In this document: piece after piece, positions 29,316 to 39,167 of the stretch
Numbering within the stretch: position 1 is the first letter of the stretch
Layout of the letters: every line of letters starts with the position of its first letter
DNA from: Desulfatiglandales bacterium
GTDB lineage: Bacteria; Desulfobacterota; DSM-4660; Desulfatiglandales; HGW-15
DNA: 64,000 nt
Assembly: GCA_041685835.1 (NCBI GenBank)
Contig: JAWLEX010000002.1
Coordinates: 1,973-65,972 of the forward strand
Direction: 5' to 3'
The notes under the pieces: model-generated
Told to the model about the DNA's origin: nothing
What the model saw: only the letters and a program-made list of their open reading frames with translations
Database searches by the model: none
Program-made: the position numbers and the translations under genes

Positions 29316-30035
29316 TCAGAAACTCCTTACCAGATCGATCATGTCTCGCACGGCCCTCTCCATGCCCACGAGCAGGGCCCGGGAAATAATGCTGTGCCCT
29401 ATGCTGTATTCCCCGATCCGGGAAAGGGAGTGGAAGCGTTTGATGTTGGTGTAGTTCAATCCATGCCCCGCGGCGATTTCCAGGCCGGTCCCGGAGGCCG
29501 ATTCCACGGCGCGGGCGATTCGCATGAATTGTTCCTCCGCCTCCTTCTCGGATGCGGCCTCGGAATAGTGCCCTGTATGGATCTCCACGACCCTTCCACC
29601 GGCGGAGCGCGCCGCCTCGATCTGGGACGGCTCCGGATCCACGAAAAAGCTTACGGGGACGCCGCCTTTCCGGAGCCTTTCCGCCACGTCGCGATACCGG
29701 TCAGGGTCGGCCAGGACGTCCAGTCCGCCTTCGGTGGTCAGCTCCCGGCGCTTTTCAGGGACCAGAGTAACCAGGTCGGGCCGGAGTTCCAGCGCGATTT
29801 CAATCATCTCGTCGACCGGTGCCATTTCCATGTTCAGCCGGGTCTTGACCGTCCGGCGCAACAGCCGCAGATCCCGATCCTGAAGGTGACGCCGGTCTTC
29901 GCGAAGGTGGCAGATGATCCCTTCCGCCCCGGCAAGCTCCGCAATGCCCGCTGCTATCACCGGGTCAGGCTCGTCTACGCCGCGCGCCTGCCGGACGGTG
30001 GCCACATGGTCCACATTGACTGCAAGTCTGGCCAT
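29316..30035 (-). CDS. pdxJ: Pyridoxine 5'-phosphate synthase
   Basis: Start MARLAVNVDHVATVRQARG; EIHTG motif. Confidence 0.9.
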   Translation of the reverse strand: MARLAVNVDHVATVRQARGVDEPDPVIAAGIAELAGAEGIICHLREDRRHLQDRDLRLLRRTVKTRLNMEMAPVDEMIEIALELRPDLVTLVPEKRRELTTEGGLDVLADPDRYRDVAERLRKGGVPVSFFVDPEPSQIEAARSAGGRVVEIHTGHYSEAASEKEAEEQFMRIARAVESASGTGLEIAAGHGLNYTNIKRFHSLSRIGEYSIGHSIISRALLVGMERAVRDMIDLVRSF

Positions 30036-30092
30036 ATTCACTCCCTCCTGTCTGTTCAGTGCGGGCACCCCCAAAACAGGTGCTCCGGTCCA

Positions 30093-30536
30093 TCAAATAC
30101 CATAGTCGACCAGAGAGAGGAGCCTCTTCTCTGTTTCCTCCATGCGGGAGGCCTCTTCTTCGGAGGCCTCATGGTCGTATCCCAGGAGATGCAGAAGCCC
30201 GTGGATCAGCAAGCGGAAAACGGTCTCGGGAAGGGCTGTTTTGAAGGCATCGGATTCCCTGCGGGCAGTGTCCATGGAGACCACGATGTCTCCCAGCATT
30301 CCCGCGTCCGATCCCGCGGGCGGACTCTCCGACATGGGAAAGGCCAGGACGTTGGTCGCCCCCTCCTTTCCCCTGTACCGGCTGTTCAAGCGGGCGATTT
30401 CTTCGTCATCGGTCAGGAGGATGCTGAGTTCCCCCTCACTATAACCCAAGTCGCCTAAGACCCTTTTCAGTTCGCGGCGTATCGTCCGGCTTTCGACTTT
30501 CGGCGTCGTTTTCGGGCCCCTGATCTGGATGTCCAT
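30093..30536 (-). CDS. ybeY: rRNA maturation endoribonuclease YbeY
   Basis: 147 aa. Zn motif HGLLHLLGYDH. The annotated start overlaps the pgpH 3' end by 98 nt. Confidence 0.88.
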   Translation of the reverse strand: MDIQIRGPKTTPKVESRTIRRELKRVLGDLGYSEGELSILLTDDEEIARLNSRYRGKEGATNVLAFPMSESPPAGSDAGMLGDIVVSMDTARRESDAFKTALPETVFRLLIHGLLHLLGYDHEASEEEASRMEETEKRLLSLVDYGI

Positions 30537-32973
30537 TCTTGCCTTTTTTCTCCGGTCTGGACTCCCCGGCCTCGGGGTACTTGATTCTGTGATGGAAAAT
30601 GCCCACCAGGGTCTTGTTGAAGCTTTTTGCTATTTCGTGAAGGTCTTTCAACGTCAGCTCGCACTCATCCAGTTGACCGTCGGAGAAGGCCTGGTTGATC
30701 ATCTTGTGCACCGTACCCTGAATCCTGGATGGTGTAGGCTCGCTGAGCGAACGAGAGGCCGCTTCCACCATGTCCGCCAGCATTACCAGCCCGGCCTCCT
30801 TGGTCTGCGGCTTGGGGCCGGGGTAGCGGAAGTCTTCCTCCTTGACATGAAAGCGCTTCCCCGTCCTGGTCTCCGCCCTTTCTCTGGCCTTTTGGTAGAA
30901 ATAGTTGATCAGGCTGGTCCCGTGATGCTGCTGAATGGTGTCTATGATCTCCCTTCCCAGGCCGTGTTCCCGGGCCAGTTCCACTCCGTCCTTGACGTGG
31001 CCGATCAAGACAAGGCTGCTCATGGACGGGGCCAGCTTTTCGTGCTTATTCTCTCCGGCCTTCTGGTTTTCGATGAAGTAAAGAGGCTTCTTCAGCTTTC
31101 CGATGTCATGGTAGTAGGCACATACCTTGGCCAGCAGGGGATTGGCGTTCACGGCCTGGGCCGTGGCCTCGACCAGGTTGCTGATTATGACGCTGTGGTG
31201 ATAAGTACCGGGCGCCTGGACCAGGAGACGGCGAAGGAGGGGTTGATCCAGGCTTGAGAGTTCCAGAAGCTTGATGTCCGTGGTGAACCCGAAAGACATC
31301 TCGATAAGCGGGAGAAAGCCCGTGGCGATGATGGCGGTGAGAATTCCTCCCGCAAAGCCTGCGGTCATGGCTATGAGTACGTCAAACGAGTACAGGGACC
31401 CGTAGATCATTTCTATGCACAGGGCCATAGCCACATTGATCAGGCTCACCTTGAGCCCCGCCTTGATCAGTGTCCCCCGCTCGGTGCAGCGGCGAACACC
31501 GTAGGCCGCGACCAGACTTCCCAGGAAAAAGTAGATGAACAGCGATACCTGCCCGCCACATATCAGGGCTGCAAGCACGGCGATGATCAGGGAGAAGCTG
31601 GTCGCGGCGGCCAGGCCCTGGAATATGGAGAGAAACATGCCTCCACACGCAACGGGCATGGCGTAGAGAAGGCTTCTCGGGCTCATGAATGCAAACCCTC
31701 GGGCCACCTCGTCGGCAACGAAACGGTATGTCCAGGCAAACACGAAAATGCCGAGCAGGGTTGTTACAGTGAACAGTAGATCGCGCCGGTCCTCCATAAG
31801 CACCTTGAGCCCGCGAAACCCGACCAGATACATGACTGTGAAAAACAGTCCGATAAGTACGGCCATGGCGGGAATTCGTCCCAGCATGTCCAGCCGGTCC
31901 CTCGAGCGAAACTCGCCCGCCAGTTTTTCCAGGTGCACGGGCCCGATCCGGTCTCCCTCCCGAACGAGCATCTCGCCTTTCTTGATCATGAAATAAGTGG
32001 GCTTGACCTCGTTGCGTGCGGTCTCCTTGCGAAGCTCGGTCTCCCGCTGGTTGAACGTGGTATTCGGCTCCAGCAGTGCCAGGGTCAGCTCCACAGCCGC
32101 CCCAGCATTGTCCTGCCCGATCTGATTCGCCAGGTCAGCCTCCTGGTCTTTCACAAAGGCAATTGCGCTTTCCAGGTCGTGGAACCGTTCCAGGTCCTCC
32201 ACCCGGGTTTCCTGGCGGGTGTACAGGTCGTGAAGGATGATGCCTCCTCTTTCCGCCTGGGCCAGCAGCCGATCCCCTTTCGCCACAATGCCTTTGCCAA
32301 GGAGGCGGCTCAGAATCGGGACTATTGATTCCTCCATGGCCGTCGAGAATCCGCTGTCCATGAGGGCATTGAAAAGGGCCTGGTCGGGGCTGATATCCAG
32401 GATCGCAAAAAAACGGTCACGGAAGGCCAGGATTTCCTCTGGGGCGGGATCCGCGGGGACTACTGCGGGGTCCGGTGCAACGACTTCATGCTCCCGGGTT
32501 TTGAAGAGCTCGGCCTGCCGCTTTCGAGCAAAGGAGAAGGCCTCATTGACACGATTGACGAGGTCCGAATGAGAGCGGTCAAAGTCATAGACTGCAAGGG
32601 ACTGCCTTGCGGCCTCCCCACGGTTGAGGTCGGTCTGCTCGCGGTTTTCGATCAGGAAATCGTGGCTCGCCTTGATGCTCGTCTCGGCCACGTCTCCGAT
32701 CTGATAGTCTGGGGCCTGGGTCAGGATGTTGGGGAACAGGAAGACGGCGAAGAGTATGCTCAGCACGATCAGGCTTGCCCACAAGATGCGATCATGGGTC
32801 AGCCGAGAGAATGAAGTCTTCCGGCTCATCCTGCGTCCTCCGTCGCGGTCGCCTTTAGAAGCCGGCTTGGCGGAGGCTGAGGGTCGTTTTTCCCCTTTTG
32901 AAGGAGACTTGGGAACGGTTCCGTTCCTGCGGTTGAGGAGCTTGACCTGTTCCTTGTCGTTTATTGAGTTCAT
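30439..32973 (-). CDS. pgpH: 7TM-receptor HD/HDIG phosphohydrolase (PgpH/YqfF-like)
   Basis: 844 aa. Extracellular N-domain, a 7-TM block, and a C-terminal HD domain (HHSVIISNL…YYHDIGK). Confidence 0.85.
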   Translation of the reverse strand: MNSINDKEQVKLLNRRNGTVPKSPSKGEKRPSASAKPASKGDRDGGRRMSRKTSFSRLTHDRILWASLIVLSILFAVFLFPNILTQAPDYQIGDVAETSIKASHDFLIENREQTDLNRGEAARQSLAVYDFDRSHSDLVNRVNEAFSFARKRQAELFKTREHEVVAPDPAVVPADPAPEEILAFRDRFFAILDISPDQALFNALMDSGFSTAMEESIVPILSRLLGKGIVAKGDRLLAQAERGGIILHDLYTRQETRVEDLERFHDLESAIAFVKDQEADLANQIGQDNAGAAVELTLALLEPNTTFNQRETELRKETARNEVKPTYFMIKKGEMLVREGDRIGPVHLEKLAGEFRSRDRLDMLGRIPAMAVLIGLFFTVMYLVGFRGLKVLMEDRRDLLFTVTTLLGIFVFAWTYRFVADEVARGFAFMSPRSLLYAMPVACGGMFLSIFQGLAAATSFSLIIAVLAALICGGQVSLFIYFFLGSLVAAYGVRRCTERGTLIKAGLKVSLINVAMALCIEMIYGSLYSFDVLIAMTAGFAGGILTAIIATGFLPLIEMSFGFTTDIKLLELSSLDQPLLRRLLVQAPGTYHHSVIISNLVEATAQAVNANPLLAKVCAYYHDIGKLKKPLYFIENQKAGENKHEKLAPSMSSLVLIGHVKDGVELAREHGLGREIIDTIQQHHGTSLINYFYQKARERAETRTGKRFHVKEEDFRYPGPKPQTKEAGLVMLADMVEAASRSLSEPTPSRIQGTVHKMINQAFSDGQLDECELTLKDLHEIAKSFNKTLVGIFHHRIKYPEAGESRPEKKGKNGHPDQGPENDAESRKPDDTPRTEKGLRRLGL

Positions 32974-33009
32974 GGAATTATATTTTTTCCTCGATGCCTG
33001 GAAACCTGC

Positions 33010-33987
33010 TCAAGCAGCCGAACGGCCTTGTTCGGCTTTTTCGTAGGCTTCGATGATCTCCTGGACCAGGGGATGGCGGATGACGTCTTCCCTTCCGAAG
33101 TAGAGGAACCGAATGCCCTCGATTTCGCTCAGGATGCTTTTGGCTTCGATGAGGCCCGAAGCGATTCCGTTGGGTAGATCCGTTTGGGTTACATCCCCCG
33201 TGATCACAGCCTTGGAACTGAAGCCGAGGCGGGTCAGGAACATCTTCATCTGGTCGGTTTTGGCGTTCTGGGCCTCGTCGAGGATTACAAAGGAGTCATT
33301 GAGCGTTCGGCCCCTCATGAACGCCAGGGGCGCCACTTCGATGACACCGCGCTGGATGAGCTTCGATGCGTCCTCAAATTCCATCATGTCGTGCAGGGCA
33401 TCGTACAGGGGCCGCAGGTATGGATTCACTTTCTCGTAAAGGTCTCCGGGAAGGAATCCCAGGTGCTCACCGGCCTCTACCGCAGGTCTGACCAGGACGA
33501 TCCGTTTTATCTCTTTCCTGGCCAGGGCCGCAACGGCCATGGCCATGGCAAGGTAGGTCTTCCCCGTGCCGGCCGGTCCTACCCCGAAGACAATATCGTA
33601 TCTTCGAATGCTGTCAATATAATCTTTCTGGTTGACGGTCTTGGGGGTAATGATCTTTCTGCCCGAGGTTATGTAGACCCGGTCCATAAAGATCTGCTTC
33701 AGGTCTTTGGAGCGGTCTCCGCTCAGGATGCGGACTGCATAGTCCACATCGCTCTCATAGACGGGATAGCTGTTCTGGAGAAGCTCGTACAGTTGGAGAA
33801 GAATATCGCCCCCCAGCTCTATTTCCCAGTCCCTTCCCTGCAGGAGAAACTCGTTTCCCCGCACGTTAACCGTCAGACCGATTTTCTCTTCCAGTCTTTT
33901 CAGGTTTGAGTTGTGCTCCCCGCAAAGGGCCATGACCATTTTGGGGTCCTCAAAGGAGATTTTTTTGGTCTTTTGTTGAATTTCCAA
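33010..33987 (-). CDS. phoH: PhoH-family ATPase (YbeZ-like)
   Basis: 325 aa. Walker A GPAGTGKTY and motif ILDEAQN. Confidence 0.9.
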   Translation of the reverse strand: MEIQQKTKKISFEDPKMVMALCGEHNSNLKRLEEKIGLTVNVRGNEFLLQGRDWEIELGGDILLQLYELLQNSYPVYESDVDYAVRILSGDRSKDLKQIFMDRVYITSGRKIITPKTVNQKDYIDSIRRYDIVFGVGPAGTGKTYLAMAMAVAALARKEIKRIVLVRPAVEAGEHLGFLPGDLYEKVNPYLRPLYDALHDMMEFEDASKLIQRGVIEVAPLAFMRGRTLNDSFVILDEAQNAKTDQMKMFLTRLGFSSKAVITGDVTQTDLPNGIASGLIEAKSILSEIEGIRFLYFGREDVIRHPLVQEIIEAYEKAEQGRSAA

Positions 33988-34330
33988 TCGTTCCCTCTGC
34001 TGCTTGCGAGCGAGTCAAAATGCCTTTCGGGCCTTCCAGAAAACAAGAAAAGCCCCATAAAATGCCTTTGCCCTGTCCTGCGTCAGAGGAAAGGGGGGCG
34101 CTGGGGCCTGGATGATCAGTCTCCGTGGAATTGGAAGAGGATGCGTCGCTCCCGGGGCGGTAGTCCATGTCCGGGAGCATTATCTGCTGCCTGGTGCCGC
34201 GTGGGAGCATACCATTGATCACGGGAATATGCAATGAAGGCTCGATAAGGGCGGCTCACACGTGGCCGGAACCATTTCCGCCTCCTCACCGGCTGTCATG
34301 GACCTACGGAATTGATTTCGGGACGACGTC

Positions 34331-34630
34331 TCATGGGAAATCGCCGTAAATGAAATAGTAGGAGCCGTCGTTTACATCCACGGTAAGGCTTCCGCCGCGG
34401 GTCTCGGCGTACACGACCCAGCCGGGCTTCTCCTCGCTGCAGCACTCCACCTGGGGGGAAAAGGAACCGGAACGCCGGTCGTACCAACCGAGAAGCATGG
34501 GATCGGTCATGTGTTTTTGCACCTCTTTTTCAGCCAGTTTCCGGGCCTGTTGAAAGCTCGAGTCTCCATCACCGTGAACGGCTACCCTGTTAGGCAGCAT
34601 GTCCAGGGTCAATTCCGAACAGCTTATCAT
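34331..34630 (-). CDS. Small conserved-looking hypothetical protein (99 aa)
   Basis: Start MISCSELT is preferred, since the upstream extension is basic junk. Contains ECCSEEKPGWVVYAETRGG. No confident family assignment. Confidence 0.5.
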   Translation of the reverse strand: MISCSELTLDMLPNRVAVHGDGDSSFQQARKLAEKEVQKHMTDPMLLGWYDRRSGSFSPQVECCSEEKPGWVVYAETRGGSLTVDVNDGSYYFIYGDFP

Positions 34631-34949
34631 GATTATTCCCTTTCTCTTAATGCTCCGCCAAACCGCAAACCGCCGGGTCCGGGAGGGTATCAAGTGAACC
34701 CGAATGCGAAGCCGTGGATATGGAGTTGATCTCCCACAGGGTACGCCGACTTTCCAAAACAAATTGATATTATTTGGCTATTATTTGCGTCCCTGCGCAA
34801 AACAAAAGTTTCTTGCCGTTCCTGCAAAATTAAACACGATTCCCGGGGATTCAATTCCGTCTCTGCGTCCTTGCCATTTAATTCGGCTGAGGGTAGGCTT
34901 TGCTGTCGGTTGCATTTGTTCAGCCGATCAAGAGAGAAAGGAGGCGCTC

Positions 34950-35531
34950 ATGACATCCAACGTACCCACGCGCGAGGAGGCCTTTCGACTTCTCAAGGAG
35001 TTCAACGAGTCCGACAGCCTCGTTAAGCACGCCCTGGCCGTGGAGGCCGTAATGCGCTACGCGGCACGCAAGCGGGGAGAAGACGAGGAGAAATGGGGAG
35101 TCATCGGCCTGATCCATGACCTGGACTACGAGAAGTATCCTGATCAGCATTGCACCAAGACCGGCGAGATCCTTCGAGAGCGGGGGTGGCCCGAGGACTA
35201 CATTCGGGCCGTGGTTAGCCACGGTTGGGGGATCTGCTCCGACGTCGAGCCCGAGACGGACCTCGAGAAGACCCTTTATGCCGTTGACGAGCTCACCGGC
35301 CTCGTAGTGACGACAGCCCTGGTCCGCCCGTCCAAGAGTGTCATGGACCTTAAGGCAAAGTCCGTCAAGAAGAAGTGGAATGACAAGCGGTTTGCAGCGG
35401 GCGTGGACCGTTCCATCATCGAGAGGGGCGCCCGAATGCTCGACGTGGAACTGGGCGATCTCATCACGGACACCATCATGGGCATGCGCGAGGCGGCGGA
35501 AGAGATCGGCCTGAAAGGACAGCCTGCATGA
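34950..35531 (+). CDS. HD-domain metal-dependent phosphohydrolase
   Basis: ATG at 34950 preceded by AAGGAGG. Motifs HALAVEAVM and GLIHDLDYEK. Confidence 0.8.
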   Translation: MTSNVPTREEAFRLLKEFNESDSLVKHALAVEAVMRYAARKRGEDEEKWGVIGLIHDLDYEKYPDQHCTKTGEILRERGWPEDYIRAVVSHGWGICSDVEPETDLEKTLYAVDELTGLVVTTALVRPSKSVMDLKAKSVKKKWNDKRFAAGVDRSIIERGARMLDVELGDLITDTIMGMREAAEEIGLKGQPA

Positions 35532-36802
35532 CTGTAGTTCGGCGTACCCGGGCGCGAGTCATGAAAAACGTTGTCCTGGTTTCGGCCGTCTTCTTGACGG
35601 TGCTTTGGGCCTGGGCGGGCCCAGGCCACCGATCGGCGGGGGCGGCCTCCTCAGGGGTAATCGAGGGACTCTCCCGCCTTGCAGGCGACGGAGCGGTCAT
35701 GGCGATGGATGCCAAAGGCCGGATCCTGGCCTCACACCACCCGGACAAGCCGCTTGTTCCCGCATCGGTACTGAAGATAATCACAGCCGCGGTCGCCCTG
35801 GAGGAACTGGGGCCGGCCTATCGGTTCACCACCCTGTTCCGCTCGACCCCTCAAGGGGACCTGTTGGTCTCCGGCAGGGGTGACCCCTTTCTGGTATCCG
35901 AGGAACTCGACCGGATCGCAGAAGCGCTTCGGGCCCAGGGCCTGGTGCGGGTGCGCAATGTATTGCTCGACAACCGGTTTTTCGAGCCCGGCCTGGTGCT
36001 TCACGGCACGAACCGAAGCCTAAACCCATACGACGCCTACAACGGTGCCCTGTGCGTCAACTTCAATACCGTTTACGTCCAGGTGGATGCCCGGGGACGC
36101 GTGCATTCGGGAGAACCTCAAACCCCTTTGACGGATATAGCGCGCCGCGCGGCACACCGGGGGGGCGTGAAGGGCAAGGCCCGCATCAACCTTTCCGCCA
36201 GCCCGGACCAGTGCCTTCGGTATGCCGGAGAACTCCTGAGGGCGTTTCTTCAAAGGAAGGGCGTCGAGGTGACCGGGGACATAAAGAAGTGCGAAGAGGA
36301 CCCGGAGGTTTTTCCCCTCCTGTATGTCCATCAGTCCGCCCGGACCCTCGCTGATCTCCTGGAAGATGTGTTTAGGTACTCAAACAACTTCATGGCAAAC
36401 CAGATCTTCCTGGCCCTGGGCGCCTCCCGTTTCGGACCCCCGGCTACGCCTGAAAAGGCGAGGCGGGTGATGACAGCGTTCATGAAAGACACCGGTATCG
36501 AAGATATCCATGTGGAAGAAGGCTCCGGCCTCAGCCGCAGAACGCGCATCACCGCCGGGCAGATGATTAATGTCCTGGACCGGTTCCGTCCCTATCGAGA
36601 CCTGCTCGGTTGCAAGGATGGGGTGTGCTCCAAGTCCGGCACCCTTCACGACGTCAAGTCACTGGCCGGATACCTGCTGCCTGACGCCGGAGACCCCGTC
36701 TCTTTCGTTATCCTTCTGAACGGACCTGAGTACGGATACCCAAGCCGCGACCGGATTTTCACCCTTTTAAGGGACAATCTTCTTTCCGGGCCATCCGAGT
36801 GA
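35528..36802 (+). CDS. dacB: D-alanyl-D-alanine carboxypeptidase/endopeptidase (PBP4, peptidase S13)
   Basis: 424 aa. Signal-like N-terminus, SxxK (PASVLK), SNN and KSG motifs. ATGA overlap with the upstream gene. Confidence 0.85.
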   Translation: MTVVRRTRARVMKNVVLVSAVFLTVLWAWAGPGHRSAGAASSGVIEGLSRLAGDGAVMAMDAKGRILASHHPDKPLVPASVLKIITAAVALEELGPAYRFTTLFRSTPQGDLLVSGRGDPFLVSEELDRIAEALRAQGLVRVRNVLLDNRFFEPGLVLHGTNRSLNPYDAYNGALCVNFNTVYVQVDARGRVHSGEPQTPLTDIARRAAHRGGVKGKARINLSASPDQCLRYAGELLRAFLQRKGVEVTGDIKKCEEDPEVFPLLYVHQSARTLADLLEDVFRYSNNFMANQIFLALGASRFGPPATPEKARRVMTAFMKDTGIEDIHVEEGSGLSRRTRITAGQMINVLDRFRPYRDLLGCKDGVCSKSGTLHDVKSLAGYLLPDAGDPVSFVILLNGPEYGYPSRDRIFTLLRDNLLSGPSE

Positions 36803-36897
36803 GCTTTGTGCAGGTGGAGATGAGGGTGAGGGCGAATGAGGCCTTCGGTCTCAAGCTGTTAAGCCGGCGATCGGCGTGATTTGCGGTTTTTTTGATA

Positions 36898-36921
36898 TTC
36901 TTCTTCGTGCTCTTCTTGGTG
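36898..36921. repeat. Degenerate CACGAAGAN-family repeat (reverse orientation)
   Basis: TTCTTCTTCGTGCTCTTCTTGGTG in the intergenic region. Confidence 0.4.
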
Positions 36922-37043
36922 AAAAAGTGATGGAAGTCGACTGCCCTGATTGCGATTGTGCCGCACTGCTCAAACCATTGACAGACCCCGCCTTTTGCTC
37001 TAGGTTGTGCCGATCCCTTACTATCAAGGCATAGGAGCTCTGC

Positions 37044-37760
37044 ATGCATGTTCGCGGGATCACCTTTCTGAGCGAAGACTACCCGACCGACTCCTATTAC
37101 CCATTCAACCTGGAAACCTTTCGCAGGACAAGGTCCCTGAAGCTGGAGACACCGGTCACCCTGTTCGCGGGGGAGAACGGCAGTGGCAAGTCCACGCTCC
37201 TTCGTGCCATTGCAAATCGTTGCGGCATACACATCTGGAAGACCATCGAGACCAGCCGGTTCGAGATCAATCCCTACGAGCAACTGCTCTGGCGCTTTAT
37301 CGACGTTGAGTGGACCGGCGACTACGTGTCCGGATCTTTTTTCTCTTCGGAGATGTTTTACGACTTCGCCCGGAACCTGGATGAATGGGCCGTATCCGAC
37401 CCGGGGACATTGAGGTATTTTGGAGGAAAATCCCTCATGACCCAGTCTCACGGACAATCTCTCATGAGTTTTTTCGAGGCCCGTTATCGCATCAAGGGGC
37501 TTTATCTCATGGACGAGCCGGAGACGGCGCTTTCCCCCCGCACCCAACTCGACCTGCTCAACCTGCTCGAAGAGACGGGCAAGGCCGGTCATGCACAGTT
37601 CATCGTGGCCACGCATTCTCCGATCCTTCTCGCCTGTTCCGGGGCGACCATATACAGCTTTGACCAGATTCCCATCGACGAGATTGCTTATGAGGATACG
37701 GAACACTACAGGGTATACCGCGACTTCATGAAAAAAATGGAGCGTAAACTGGCCCGGTGA
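37044..37760 (+). CDS. Small stand-alone ABC/SMC-like AAA ATPase
   Basis: 238 aa. Walker A GENGSGKSTLL, Walker B LYLMDEPE and ATHSP. The 349-aa antisense ORF is judged spurious. Confidence 0.75.
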   Translation: MHVRGITFLSEDYPTDSYYPFNLETFRRTRSLKLETPVTLFAGENGSGKSTLLRAIANRCGIHIWKTIETSRFEINPYEQLLWRFIDVEWTGDYVSGSFFSSEMFYDFARNLDEWAVSDPGTLRYFGGKSLMTQSHGQSLMSFFEARYRIKGLYLMDEPETALSPRTQLDLLNLLEETGKAGHAQFIVATHSPILLACSGATIYSFDQIPIDEIAYEDTEHYRVYRDFMKKMERKLAR

Positions 37761-37895
37761 GCCGCGGCCTGATTCCCGGTCCCGGTGCCCCCGTTGACGC
37801 CGTTGCACGAATCGTCACATGACCCGGCCGGGGCCTTGGCCGCTCAAGGGCGGTTCTTAGGGGTCTCCTTGAACTGCGGATCGGAGATTGAAGGG

Positions 37896-38555
37896 CTATT
37901 TTTTCCGGTAAAGCGCCAGGATTCCATGAAGGGCCCGGCCCGGAGTTAGAAGCTCGAACCCGGGTAAGCGAGGCTGAATATGTTCCAGGCCGTACACGGC
38001 AAAAACCGCCCCCGGCTTGGCCTTTCCAGCGATCAGTGCTGCGAATTCCTCCTGCATGGTGAGGTAGGTGTAGAACAGATCAAAGGCCTCGAAAGGGGTC
38101 CCGGTCTCCGCCTCGATTGTGTCGTGCAGGCGGTCATCCGTGGAATCGCCTGAAAAGAGCCGGACGTTTGCAGGAAGAGGGAGAAGGCCGAGGCGGGACA
38201 GTTCGGCCTCGAGCCCCTGTTTAAGCCCTGAATGGTCGTCAAGGATCCAGTCGTCCAGCTCTATGCCCACGGAGACGCGGGTCACGTATCCGAGAAGCAA
38301 GTTCACCCGGCCGTCCGCGCACCCCATATCCAGGAACCGCGTCTTTTCCGGGAAGAGTATGCGGTCGGCCACCAGCCGCTCCAGGCAGGGAAGCACCCGG
38401 CCCAGTTCACTGGAACGTCGAAAACCCAGGGCTCCCACATCTCCCACTTGTCGTTCATCACAGAACCGGGCCACCGCTTCCATGGCGCTCCACACATCGG
38501 GGGACGGGGCCCGGAGTCCCTGCGGTTCGTGGCACCCTTGTTTTTCCCTTAGCAC
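37896..38555 (-). CDS. Class I SAM-dependent methyltransferase-like protein
   Basis: 219 aa. Motif I-like FLDMGCADGRV. The start is uncertain. Confidence 0.5.
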   Translation of the reverse strand: MLREKQGCHEPQGLRAPSPDVWSAMEAVARFCDERQVGDVGALGFRRSSELGRVLPCLERLVADRILFPEKTRFLDMGCADGRVNLLLGYVTRVSVGIELDDWILDDHSGLKQGLEAELSRLGLLPLPANVRLFSGDSTDDRLHDTIEAETGTPFEAFDLFYTYLTMQEEFAALIAGKAKPGAVFAVYGLEHIQPRLPGFELLTPGRALHGILALYRKK

Positions 38556-38586
38556 CTCAACACCTCAACACCTGATCTCATCACCT
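38545..38586. repeat. CACCTCAA-type short tandem repeat element, copy 1
   Basis: TCCCTTAGCACCTCAACACCTCAACACCTGATCTCATCACC. Shares ~30 nt with 43105-43137. Confidence 0.6.
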
Positions 38587-38615
38587 AACCGCCGGGGAGT
38601 GGTCATTGTTTTATC

Positions 38616-39167
38616 TTAACAGCTGATCAGTTCTCTCTTCACCCTTTCCGCCAGGAGGAACAGGACATGGACCTCTTCTCCCTCGCTGTCCCGGAGACAA
38701 GAGAGGTGTTCCGAAGAAACGGAGTCAGTGACTCTATTGCAGAGGTAGTTGATGCAGATCACATGCCGGGCCGCAAGGACGCATCCGGAGGGGCCCAGGA
38801 AAAAACAGCCCGCCGGGTCGTAGCGCCGGTGTGGGAGCGGGCGTTCGAGCAGGAGGTTGATCAGGAGCATGACACCGCTGTATCGATCCTCTATGCCTTT
38901 TCCGCAGCAGGAACCGCCTTCATGCTGATCGCACTCACGGCAGATCTCTACGATCCCTGTCTTTTGCATCATGCGGTGGGAGGCACCGGCAGCCGCTTCA
39001 AACCGCTTAATGAGGCTGGAAATCTCAGGGTCCCCCGACAGCCGGGAACCTGCCTTGCAGTAAACCCGCTCGGCCCAGGCGATCTTTTCCTCTATGGGGC
39101 TGCCAAGGGAGATGTGCTTGACGGTCACGGGCCCGGGGCCTTGTGTCTTCGCGCATTGGAGGTTCAA
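38616..39167 (-). CDS. Cys-rich protein, YkgJ/CxxCxxCC-like putative metal-binding domain
   Basis: 183 aa. CRECDQHEGGSCCGKG … CFFLGPSGCVL…CINYLC. The start overlaps the stop of the Lon-like gene (ATGA). Confidence 0.6.
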   Translation of the reverse strand: MNLQCAKTQGPGPVTVKHISLGSPIEEKIAWAERVYCKAGSRLSGDPEISSLIKRFEAAAGASHRMMQKTGIVEICRECDQHEGGSCCGKGIEDRYSGVMLLINLLLERPLPHRRYDPAGCFFLGPSGCVLAARHVICINYLCNRVTDSVSSEHLSCLRDSEGEEVHVLFLLAERVKRELISC

